A DNA stretch of 63,986 nucleotides, counting the filler, from Reticulomyxa filosa (taxonomy: Eukaryota; Protista; Foraminifera), in assembly GCA_000512085.1 (NCBI GenBank). It is 16 parts of 16 records of this genome, joined end to end, with 100 filler letters (N's around TTAATTAATTAA, not from the genome) between each part and the next. Parts side by side here need not be neighbours in the genome. Positions count along the whole stretch, not along the records: positions 9,378 to 17,629 come from ASPP01027131.1; positions 17,730 to 20,642 come from ASPP01006254.1; positions 20,743 to 22,901 come from ASPP01010617.1; positions 23,002 to 24,716 come from ASPP01041804.1; 12 more parts are not named here. One strand, 5' to 3'. Numbering within the stretch: the first letter of the stretch is position 1; every line of letters begins with the position of its first letter. The notes under the pieces were generated by a model that worked only from the letters and a program-made list of their open reading frames with translations, searched no databases and was not told the DNA's origin. Shown in pieces: positions 12,980 to 24,716 of the stretch. The position numbers and the translations under genes are program-made.

Positions 12980-15239
12980 TTAACCAAAATTCACCGAGTT
13001 TTTCTCTAATCCTCTCACTTTTTTTTTTGCTTGTAACACCTCTTTATGCCATTCCCCTAGTATTGCAGTGCTTATCTTCCATGCCTCATTAAAATATTTT
13101 CGTGCAGTCTCTTTATCTCCTTTTCGTTCAAAGGCCAATCCCAAATTCCAGCACGAGTCGCCAACGTCTTTATTCGCCTTTTTAATAATTTGTTTCCTTA
13201 TATTTAATGCTTTTTGATGGCATTCGATCGCCTTGTCCGCCAGGCCTTTACTGAGATAGGTACTTCCTAAATTATTATAAGTGTCAGCAATATCAGTATG
13301 AATGATTCCGAAAATATTGAAGCTTATTTCTAATGCCTGTTCGTGGTATTCAATTGCTTTGTCATACTGGTTTTTATTTTTATAGGCAATTCCTAAATTT
13401 TCGTATAAAGCAATGACAATGGCGCAATTTGCTCCGAAAATTTTCAATATAATCTCCAAAGATTTTTTTGTAGAATTCGATTGCCTGGTCGTAATCTCCT
13501 TTGTCGTCACAGATAAACCCAAGTGTATTATATGAGATGGCGGCATAGGGATGATCAGATCCAAATGTTTCAGTGGAAAGTAGCAAATGTCGTTGTGAAT
13601 GGAAAATGGCATCATCGAAAAGATGTTTTCCAAACAACGTTGTTTTTGCTCTTCGATATCTTGAAGTTGCACTGGAATATCGTGATGCATTTTGGTATTC
13701 CATTGGATAGGAGAAATGGATTGTTTCAATTGTTCATTAACAATGGCATTCTTTGTAATGAATAGTTGTGTTGTAATATTTACAATTCCTTTGCATTGAA
13801 GCTCGCAATTGACAACATAGATATTACCATCAATGTTCACATCACACAATACCACCAATTTACTTTTGATAACATATACCCAGTATTCCCCAAATTGTTT
13901 TTTTCCGCTTTATTTTTCACCAATGTGATGAAAGAGTGCACGTTGGTTGTACTCCGCCACTCGGAAATGTGTTGGGCAACAACCACCAATCCTTGCTCAT
14001 TTTTGTTTACCATTTTCTCGACAAATTTGGATGCTTCTACATTGGATTTTCTCCAATTTCTTTTCCAATGTTTCTTAAAGTCCAAAGTTTCTGTAATATT
14101 TTTCAAGGACAGTTCATTTTTCATATTATCGCCACTGTGCACGCTTGGCACCAAAAAAACATCAGAATGGAGTGTCGAAATGGTCTGAACAACCTCACTT
14201 CCTGACGCTTGGTCAAGAATCATTTTAGTAACGTGCTTGATGATGAAATCAAGGCTTTTATTGGTATTATTCAGAATAACCTGGCAAAACACTTCTGTGA
14301 AATAACTTCCTTTTTCCCAACCCCAATTTTCCGAAGTGTGAATAGTCAGTCTTCGGGTAGTATTTGCGATGATCGTGAACATATCCTTGTGTTGATTGTC
14401 CCATTGCTTCTGTTCGATAGCTTCGCTCTCTTGGTTGATTCCAATCCTTTCCATTCCTGCTTGTCCATTATATGCAATCTTCAAGAATATCTTCGGCTTT
14501 CCTGCAAAGTAATCAGAATTTGCCAGAAGCTCATATTGGAGCCCATTGAAGCTCTTGATTTTGTTGTCACTTGTGATCAAAGTGCTTTCATTACTTTCAA
14601 TTCCCCCATGTCCACACCACACAAATATCAATCCGTCATAGATAGGCTTGTCACTTGCACTCACATCTTTTGATAGATTTGCACAATGCTTAGAAGTAAA
14701 TGAATTCAGGTCACTCAAGGTCAATGACTCGGTACTTGGATTTTGTGGATTGTAAGTGCTAGATACTTGATAACCAAATTGTTGTTCAAACAGTGCTTGC
14801 AATAAATGCAAATCTTGTTTCACAGTTTCCAAATAGGGATGTTGTTCATATTGCATTGCTCCGGTCAATAATACCAATGGACATTTATTTTGTATGATGT
14901 CATTATCTTCCCTTTTTGTACAGCTTCATTCTTTTTTGCAAATTCATCTATTCGTTATTTGTATTTGTCCAATTATAGAACCACACATTTACAAGAAGGA
15001 TATAAACTTGGCTGAAAATAAGCATTGAAATTAATGCGGCCGTTTTCAACTGCTTGTCGAAGGATCTGATCATTTTCAATTTCAAAACCATCATCCCCCG
15101 TTATTCTAATCACATTCCCTTGCTGGTCGTTTTTGGCTACTTCAACAATTTGCTGCTTTAAACTTTCAATGGTCAATGATGTCAATTCAAGTCGATATTT
15201 CTTTAACCCTATTGTTACAAAAGCTTTCAAAGAAGACAT
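12980..15239 (-). CDS. Small N-terminal (PB1/ubiquitin-like?) domain + caspase-like (peptidase C14 fold) domain + beta-rich linker + TPR repeats
   Basis: VLLTGAMQY..DLHLLQALFEQQFGYQV, LIFVWCGHG, PKIFLKIAYNG, KGSYFTEVF (caspase elements); about 4 TPRs of the HPYAAISYNTLG/DIADTYNNLG type. Frame breaks at ~13900, ~13627 and ~13465 are each repaired by +/-1 A in an A-run. Confidence 0.8.
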
Positions 15240-16303
15240 TGTCTACTTTAAGTTTAATTGGGCCAAGATTTTAAATTCAAAAAAACAAAAGCTTATGCCC
15301 TTTTTTCTTCTGCATTTCCAAGTACAAAGAAAAAAGAACAAGCAACAAGCGGAAAAATTAAATAATATTATCTTTTGAGAATGCACAGTACATCAGAGAC
15401 AAAGGAGATAAATATTCCTAAAAATATGTTGTTGATGTAGCAAAATTGTATAAAAACATCCATTCTCGAAAATTTGAAAAGTTTGTGAATTGATCAGAAA
15501 GTAATTATTTTTCAATATTCTTTAATTGCTCAATTGTTGCTGCACTTCCAACACAATTTCAAAATTTGAATCTTTCATTTGATTTTTAAAATTTTGGAAA
15601 AAGTAGCATTTTTCTTGTATTCATGAAATCTTTTAGTATTTTCATAAAATATTTTGTGAAAATTTTTTTTATGCCTTTTTTGGTTTGAAGACTTTTATGA
15701 ATTTTATTGATATTTTATTTTTTTTGATAATTGTTTTGTTTTAATAAAAAATGGCTTGATGTACTTGCTCCTGAAATGACAAATACCTAATTAAAAGTTT
15801 TAAAGTGAAATCTTCGGAAACTTTGACATGTTTCTACAGACAAAAAAAATTAGCTCCAAGATTACTTGTTGAAAAGAGTATTCTGTGTGTTGAACAAGAA
15901 AGTAATCTTGTAATGTTTTCTAAAAATTAAATGTCTTTTTTGACAATTTTGAAATGACGTCCTTAAAAAAAAATCAAAAAGACATTACACAGAGAGCGTG
16001 TCAAAGAAGAGAAGCTGCAATTTTAAATGAGTTTGGTCTTCAACAACTTGTGAATTGCTTAAAAAAAAAAAATAATTTGAATAGAAGAAAAGGAATGGAG
16101 TGATTCGACTCTCATTGAAAATTATAATTACATTGACATCTTTTCCCAACGTTAACACAAACAAAAAAAATTAAAAAAAAAGTAATAAACAAGATTTGTC
16201 AGTGGAATGAAGCCCACAACAATCAATTGATTTCCATTTACAAAAATAAACCACAGGAAAGTAAAAAAAAAAAATTAACAAAGCAACCAAAGAAAGGATT
16301 CGT

Positions 16304-17589
16304 TTACTTCTCTTCAACATATTCTCTTTCTGTAATATATTTCAGCTCTCTTTTCACGCGATTTTCATTTTGTTTGGAGTATTTATTGTGATCTTTGATA
16401 ATTCGTTCAACCAAATCTTGTGTTCTCAGATTTGATTCCAAGTCTACCAACTTTTCAATTTTTACAAGTTCTTTAACGGCGTTGTATCGTTGCAAATCAT
16501 CAGGACAAAGCTGTCAAATTAATTTTGAGATACATATACATATACCATTGAGCAAACGAGAAAAAAAAACTTCCTCTTAAGGAGAGTGCAAAACTGCAAC
16601 ATTATCAGCAACAGCCAAAACACGCATATTTAATACATTCGTCATGTCACCAGAAACAACCCAAGGACAGCCGATCACAACTTCATCAACGTACCGACAA
16701 CTGAGAACGTTCAGTGTTCTTTCTTGTAGGCTCATCATTGGCCAATATTTTCCTTGTTTTTCTCGGATGGTCGAGTCATCGTATAAACCAACGTATAAAA
16801 ATGTGCCCAAACTCTTTGCCCTTTTTTTTTCAAAAAAAAAAAAAAGGGGGAGTTTTTAAATTGATTAAAAAAAAAAAAATGTACTTAAAAAAAGAAACTT
16901 TTTCAAAGCAGCAATGTGTCCAGGATGAAAGAGATCCCAAGAACCGTCAATATAAATCACAGTGTCATTGGCTTGTGGTACACGGTGATTGGAAAAAGCA
17001 GACAAGCGATGCGACGTGGCCAAGAATTGGGACCAGCTGACAATGCCGGATTTTGAAGTTTGTCCAGATGCCACTTCCTCGTCATCATCTTCCTCCTCTT
17101 CTTCTTTTTGCTTGCTTTCTTTATCTTTTGTTTTGTTTTTGTTTTTATTATTTTTGTTTTTGTTTTTGTTATTTTTGGCTTTGTTGTTTTTTGTCTTTCG
17201 TTTGATCTTTCGTTTGCTCTTTCGTTTGGTCTTTGCCCTGATTTCGTTTGTCATTTTCAAGTGCCAATAGCAATCGTTCGATTAAAGCAGTAGTGGACAC
17301 TCCCGGCGTTCGTTTGAAGATTTTCATACGATTGCACACTGCCGCATAGGCACTCTTGCCTGTCGCGTCGTGTGGAATATCGTCCCCATGGGCGACATAG
17401 TCTGCCCTCACTCGAGAGCTGTCAATCAATTCTATTGTTGGAGAATAAGGAACATCAAATACCACTTCATCTGTCCATTTGCATGCGCGCACCATTGCCA
17501 TTCGCTCTTCGTCCTTCATCACCGGTTCTCTTTTATTCCTTGCTATCTCTTCGTCACTGTGCACTCCCACTATCAATACGTCTCCCAAC

Positions 17590-17591
<2 letters not shown>
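16304..17591 (-). CDS. PCYT2: Ethanolamine-phosphate cytidylyltransferase (two CTP-transferase domains; N-terminus lost in gap)
   Basis: LIVGVHSDEEI..K..PVM..EER..VRACKWTDEVV, HGDD, RTPGVSTT, SQFLATS, YIDGSWDLFHPGH, MSLQERTLNVLSCRYVDEVVIGCP. Confidence 0.92.
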
Positions 17592-17629
<38 letters not shown>

Positions 17630-19076
17630 NNNNNNNNNNNNNNNNNNNNNNNNNNNNNNNNNNNNNNNNNNNNTTAATTAATTAANNNNNNNNNNNNNNN
17701 NNNNNNNNNNNNNNNNNNNNNNNNNNNNNACGGTACCTTATAGAGATGATTGATTTTCTTCATGAAAAAACAATATACAGACCTAATTTTTTTTTATTTT
17801 TAAAAATATATACGAATCGTGTAGTTTTTAAATATCTTTTTGGTTTTTTATTAAACATTTACTAATTGTTTAAAATTTTAATATTTTATAAATTTTTGAA
17901 AATTTTCTAGAAAAAGTTGACAATAGTTAATGTATCGTAGCTGTGAAATTTGACAACTTTTTAAAAAACATTTTCGGAAAGTGCAAGATGAGTATATTTT
18001 TTTAAAAAAATTAGCATTCTACGTTGCGTAGTTTTTGAGAAAACTCAATTTTTTGTTATCAAAAAAAATTTTTTTTGCAGAATTTAATGTTATTTTAGAA
18101 ATTTTTGCATTATAAATACATAATTGTTTTTGTATAATATTTGCTTTATTTCTACTTATCATTGGTTTTTTTGCCTTTTTTTGTCCAATGCAAACAAGTC
18201 AAGTTAATTCAAAAGCTTAAGAACTAAAAATTTTTTTGTAATAAGATTTTTTTAGTGAAAATTATCATTTTATTAAATAACTTTGATTTGTATAATTATT
18301 GGAGAATTTGTATAAAATCAAGTAATTTGATATTGTTTTGTTCAAAACAATATTTTACTGTAATTGCTTTGTAGCTAGTTGCATTATCTTGCTGAAATAT
18401 ATAATTTTCAATGTCAACTTTATTTTACAGTTTACTGTATTATTATATTATCATTGCATGTTATATTGTCATTTTTTAAATTTAATTTTTAACATTTATT
18501 TCAAAACATATATAATTATGTTTATTCTTATACTAACTTATCTTTGTTTTTATAAATTTTTTCTTCAATTAAATTCAAAAATAACTTTTTATCAAGTCGA
18601 AATAATGATTAATGTTTCAATATTTTTTCGTTCTAGAGTATTTAGATGTTCATAATTACTATTAATCTTTAATAATCGATAGTTTTTATGTCTTATTGAA
18701 ATCTATGATAAGTGTAATTATTTCATTATTATTTTTTGTTAATTTCTGCTTTAGAAAAGCATTTTATTTTTTACATTTACATTTATATATAAAAGCTTTT
18801 TTCATTTTACTTTCATATCACGAGACTATTATATTAAATCACACATTATGTGTATTTTATTGCTTATGTATTTCATAAAAGAAACTGTAATTATTAGCTC
18901 CTTTTTTAAATAATTGATGTTATATTTTCAACTTGAAAATTTTGGTGTTCCTATTCGAAAATATAAGTTTAATACAATTTATTGTTTAACTTTTCGTTTG
19001 TAAAACAATAAATATAGTTTCATAAACATATTTTTATTGTCTAATTAAAATTTACTAACTTTGTCATTTTTCGATA

Positions 19077-20580
19077 TCATAATGCCTTTTTTTGGTGATT
19101 TGACGCAATTTTTGAATTTTGTTGTTGTGTTCGTTCATTTTTTCCAATAGAACCACCAGGATGATTTACAAGAAAATCACTCTTGGAAATTTTATTTTGA
19201 TTTATCAAAGCACTAAGTGTTGCATTTATAAAAGCTTCTTGCATGACAACTGAACGTGTCGGTATTTTATCCAAAAGTTCATTTATATTGGTGACTGTTG
19301 GAGTCAAGTTAATCAGAACGTCACAATATTTACCAAAGTGATTGGGATTGTTGTCTTGCTTAATGTGAGGATTGCAACAAATGCCAACAATTGTTATATT
19401 TGTACCTTCATTCAAGTTTGATTGTATATGTATATATTTTTTGAACACTTCATAGCGTTTTTTCAAGACATATGTCTTCATATACAACACATTTTCTTTA
19501 GTCAAAACTGGAATGATTACGAATAGATTGCAAAGCACTCATCAAATCAGGTGTGGAGCCACTTGCTGACATTGCAATAATCAAGCAGTTATGTCTCAGT
19601 TTGCCTAAGTCTCCGTGAACCCAATCATTTCCATTCACATAATCTGTCTAGATTGCAATATATTTCCATTGTGACAACATTTCCAACACACACTCATTTT
19701 GTTGTCTTGTTTTTGGCTCCAACAACAATAACAACAACAAAACTTGGCAAGAAATGCTACTCAATGAAGCAGCAAACCGTTTTGCAACAATCCCGGATTT
19801 CCCAATTCCGGTAGTGTAAACTCTGCGTGAAGTTCTTATGTCATGAGAGGATAAGACAACGGCTTCGCTTAGCAGTTGGATAAGCGTTTGAAACTGCTGC
19901 ATAAAAGTATGTGAATTGGATTGCATTTGCAAAAGACAATCGATATCTTGTTGCAAAGATGTAAGATAGCAATCTTTTGGAGTCGTAATATGTTCAGCGG
20001 GTTTGATGATGTCATCCGATACAGTTGGGATGGGATTTTTCAACAAGTAGTTGCGCAAACAAGGTTCCAAAGTGACCAATCGTTTGGAAATTTTGCTAAT
20101 ATCACGTGGAGGCAACCCACCTGTCATCGTTATGTTTTATTTAATCATTTTTCTTTCGATTTCTTCCTCTCTCTCTCTCTCTCTTCCTCCCTTTGGATCC
20201 ATTTCAGTCACACCACTAAACATATTATATAAACACGCGAACATATAAAAATGACCTAAAGACTCGACACATGCTGCCCCGACTGCACGTGCTACATGCC
20301 CCAATTGCTGGATTTGGTCTTTGTTCGTTGGAATGCCGTGTTGGAAGAGATAGGAAAGCATGCCCCCAAAAAAGGCGTCTCCAGCACCTGTCGAGTCCAC
20401 TTGCGTAATACCTGACAGAGCGTCCACGTATACGACGTGCTTTTCTTTGTTAATAAACACACTTCCTCGTTTCCCGTCCGTGATGCCCACCAATTTATTG
20501 CCAAACAAAGATTGAAACTCATACGCGACGTCACTGATCTTCAATTTTTTTGCTGCGTCATCTTGTGTTCCTAGTACCCT
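19077..20580 (-). CDS. PfkB-family carbohydrate kinase (C-terminal part) fused to a KpsF/GutQ-type SIS sugar-phosphate isomerase, no CBS domains
   Basis: ITDGKRG and VDSTGAGDAFFGG (PfkB signature). After intron ~20123-20255: TGIGKSGIVAKRFAASLSS, WVHGDLG, IIAMSASGST, IPTRS, FLVNHPGGSIG (arabinose-5-phosphate isomerase family motifs). Confidence 0.8.
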
Positions 20581-20794
20581 CTTTTTTCAAAAAAAAAAAA
20601 AGAAAGATGTTGACGAATTCATTACAACAATACCAAAAAAAANNNNNNNNNNNNNNNNNNNNNNNNNNNNNNNNNNNNNNNNNNNNTTAATTAATTAANN
20701 NNNNNNNNNNNNNNNNNNNNNNNNNNNNNNNNNNNNNNNNNNATGTACATATATACACATATGTACATATATTTACGGAAATTCTGTGCATTAC

Positions 20795-21599
20795 CAAAGT
20801 ATCTTGAGTTTGAAGCAACTCCTGCCACTTTTTCTCGTCATTGAGATTACTTTTTACCCACGTCAAGGAGGAGGATAAATCGACATCCGCATTGGTTGCA
20901 GCATAGAAAACACAGGAGCGATTATCCTGTTACGAATGCAAAAGTAGGGAGAGGAAAGAAATGACAAATACGTATACATACATATATGTTAACAGTGAAC
21001 AGTATATAATAACTGAATCAACAGCACGCCAAAGTTGAGAAGCTTGAAGAGGATCAGAAGGGACAAACAATCGCATGCATTCGACGGAGGATTGTTTCCA
21101 CAAGGCGAACATCAAAGGGAAGGTTTTGGAGTCGTTGGGTTCGAGTAGTTGGGATTGGACGACGTGCAAAGGTATGAAAAGATTACTTTGAAGCAGCTGT
21201 GTGGCACACCGGACTTGAAGCGAGTTGCTATACGCCATTTTGGCGATAAAGTTTTTGCCGCTGGTGTCTTTGCCGGAGCGAATGAAGTGCGAGGTTTGGA
21301 ACTGGAGAGGGAAGTGGAGCATGAGCGGGGCAAGCGCATGAGGATGGAAGCCAGCCATTTGCAGCTGCACATCGAACGAGTTGGTTTTGACCTGTTCGCG
21401 CGAAGAAAGCATGAAGCTGTTGAGACGACAAATTTCATAAAACGGATGTTGTCGCTCTTTGAACGATGACATGGCGTGCACAAGAAGTTGGACTTCGCCA
21501 ACAATGCTTTGATGGTTTGAGGTGCAGATCAAGTTGATTTTGATATCTTGATAATTGCGAGGGACTCGTAATTGTAGTTTGGACGTATACAATACGATA

Positions 21600-21654
<55 letters not shown>

Positions 21655-22481
21655 CATTATTATTATTATCAATTTTAATTTCTTCTTTTTCTTTTTCTTT
21701 TCTTCCTTTTTCTGCAAAGCCATTCTTTACTCGCATAATTTGAAAGTTTTTCGACTTTTTTGCAATGGCGTGGACAAAGTGGTCCAGACCACATTTGAGG
21801 TCTTGGAAAGATTGATAGGTGACCTCACACCGAATAATGTCGATAATGTGCGCGCACTTTGGAAACACGTTGTCCGAATACTCCATCTGCGCCTTCATCT
21901 TGCAGCGCTCCCAGCTCTTGATGGGACCCGACTTAAACTGACAGTCGATCGAACTGCTCTTCACAAAGATGTTCATCATTTCGTCCTGGAAGAACGAGTC
22001 CATTTGATGTGCGCGCGTGAGCAGGTCGTGCAGATACACGTGGTAGTCGTAGTTGTGTCTCGGATGGAACAACATGTCATTGCTGTGCATTTGAATGTCC
22101 AACAGCTGCTTCGACGAGTATTGCGACTGGATCCCGTATTTGACTACGTCTTGTCGGTAGTTGTCCTTAAAGTGCAACTTGAGTCGGCTTTTCAAGGGAT
22201 TGAATGCGCGCCGATTCCTTGGCGACGTCGGGTTCGAACTCGGATTGCTTCCGCTTACATTTGTCCCATTGCCGCTGCCACTGCCACTGCCACTGCCACT
22301 GCCACTGTCAGTGTCACCCCAGTGCTTGATCGCTGATCGCAAGTCCCAGTCAATCAACTTTTTCATCATCTCTTCGTTTTTCTCCATTTCCATTTGGATT
22401 TTCAACTGCGTTTTCATTGTGTCTTTGATTGTCTGAGTCTCGCAAAAGTGTTTGATATCGTGAAATCGAATCCATTTGGTA

Positions 22482-22548
<67 letters not shown>

Positions 22549-22870
22549 CATTGTTATTATTGTTGTTGATTGGGTGAGACTCTTCCATATCGAGCCAACA
22601 TAACAAGTTTCGATTTTCAATCAAATGCTCGATCAACCACTGCCATTGATACGAGTTCTTTTCAATTTCATTTTCGACGGAAAGCATGTGTTTGCACTTG
22701 GTCGAGATCAACTCCCACATCCACTTCTTGTTGTACATCCAGCAAAGGTTGAAGATCTCACTAAATACTCTTTTCGTCCTGAATCATTCCGTTCATACAC
22801 GCACATAAAAGATCCATCACAAGTGTGTAATGCTCATTCTTTTCATTGTCATTACCATCACCAATAATAC
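20795..22870 (-). CDS. Protein with a RelA/SpoT-like nucleotidyltransferase domain followed by ankyrin-like repeats (partial at both ends)
   Basis: Ordered motifs GPIKSWERCKMK, IIDIIRCEV, RVKNGF, NYQDIKINL, VGEVQLL. C-terminal repeats KDTSGKNFIAKMA / PNDSKTFPLMFAL / VDS-DNRSCVFYAA. Predicted intron ~20928-21012. Confidence 0.7.
21602..21668. repeat. (AAT)n microsatellite encoding poly-Asn; similar tracts at ~4430-4478, 22482-22568, 22873-22901, 38641-38677, 53771-53814 and (AAC)n at ~54685-54720
   Basis: Directly visible trinucleotide arrays. Confidence 0.95.
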
Positions 22871-22901
<31 letters not shown>

Positions 22902-24178
22902 NNNNNNNNNNNNNNNNNNNNNNNNNNNNNNNNNNNNNNNNNNNNTTAATTAATTAANNNNNNNNNNNNNNNNNNNNNNNNNNNNNNNNNNNNNNNNNNN
23001 NTTAACCTTTCTTTGTTTTTTTATTAGTCCACATTATGGTAATTGATATGCAAGTAAATATTAGTGATAACAAATTCAATCATCGCAATATATCTGTACT
23101 TTGCAAATAACTCTTGATATTTCATCCTTGCAACATGTTTGACGTTTTCATCGTGATCATGTTGTTCTTCGTCAAAGTAATAAGTTCTGAAACACAATTA
23201 ATCACAGCCTTGTCATACCTCGACTATTAGACATATCAAAGAACAATTCACTTTGTAAGTATTGACTATAAGTGGGACATGTACTTTGGTAATTGTTGCG
23301 AACATCATAATGTTGTTATGTTGCATGTTTTTTTTTTTGAAGTATGATTTTTTTGAGCAGAGTGGCTTGTTGAAAGTACCTAATGTTCTTTTTTATTCTC
23401 TATGCTCGTTATAATAACCAAAATGATTTTTGTTTTGAAAGAGATAATTTTGGAAATTTATTTTTGAATATTGCTTTATTTTATTGACAAATGTTTCATT
23501 TAACAACGATATTTTAGTGGAACAATATGCAGCGTCTTGTGAATATGATTAATCTTTTCAATGAAAAAATAACTTTTAATCAAATGTCTTTTGTTTAAAA
23601 AAGTCTACAATTGTGTCATTTTGACTTTAGTCTTTGTCTCCTTTCGAAGTTTTTTCATGACCCTTTTTTTAATTTTAAATATCATTCTTTCATAAAGAAA
23701 ATCAATCATCTCATCTCATAAGATGCTTCTACTGTAATTGCAAACCATGCTGCAGCAATCTGGAACGAGTGAAAATGTCAGTTTATAAATGGATGTCAAA
23801 TGAAATTTTGTTTGTCACATTTGTTATTATTGATATTATTACAATTGCTTGGGAAATTATCAATTAAGCAACTGGAATCGAATGAATTTTGTATTTGAAC
23901 ACATTTATGTTGATGTTGTGATTATTCCTATGATCGGATCAACGATATTGCAATTTGGTTTTGCAATAATTCATTTGTTTTGGAAAAATGAAGACATAAC
24001 AATTATGTATTAGCCTGCAGTATTTATATTATAAAGTCTCAATGTGTTTTTGTAAATTATAGAAGTTCGATCCAAATATAAAAGTGTTATTGTGATATTA
24101 TATCAAAATAAAAATTGTATTGATTATATTGTTGTAAACTGCAAATTAATTAATGAAATTTTAATTTTAAAACAAAAT

Positions 24179-24716
24179 CTACAAATCATCATCATCTTCT
24201 ATAATCGTTATTTGTTGTTTGTTTTTTAACCTTGCTGATCTACGTAGGTCAATGTTTGTAGTATTTTGTTCATTTAATTCTGTTTCTCCAATTATATTCT
24301 TTAACTTTCGTTTCTGCCTTTTCGGAACATCTACTCTTAATTGCCTTTTATTTCGTTCTAGTTTAATAGCATATGTCGATATTTTTAATAATTCAAGCAT
24401 TGCCTGCTTAAATGACAATGCTTTCATTATTTTGTGGACCTTTATATTAAATACTTTATCTTCATCACCAATCTTATCAATCTCCATCCACACAAATCGA
24501 TGGTATGCTATTAATACACCAACCCTAACTCCAGTCCAAATCATATAACTTATAATTTGTTGTATATGACTGCATAAAGTATATGGATTCATTACAGGTC
24601 TAGTTACTTTTTCATTTAATCTTTCTATCATATCTTCCATATCACCACTTTTTCTGATACCATAATAATCACATTTATCATGTAGTTTTGTTTTAGTGTA
24701 CATACACCAAGGTAAT
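24179..24716 (-). CDS. Intronless hypothetical protein with a SAP-like motif (5' truncated by gap)
   Basis: YTKTKLHDKCDYYGIRKSGDMEDMIERL fits SAP spacing; C-terminal LRRSARL and acidic tail. Confidence 0.45.

Noticed and set aside
17730-19070. ORFs 18338..18655 and 18696..18878
   Set aside because: Extremely AT-rich intergenic DNA giving F/I/L/Y-rich spurious frames without motifs.
23002-24000. Cys-containing fragments suggesting a zinc-finger pseudogene
   Set aside because: Too degraded to assign by eye.
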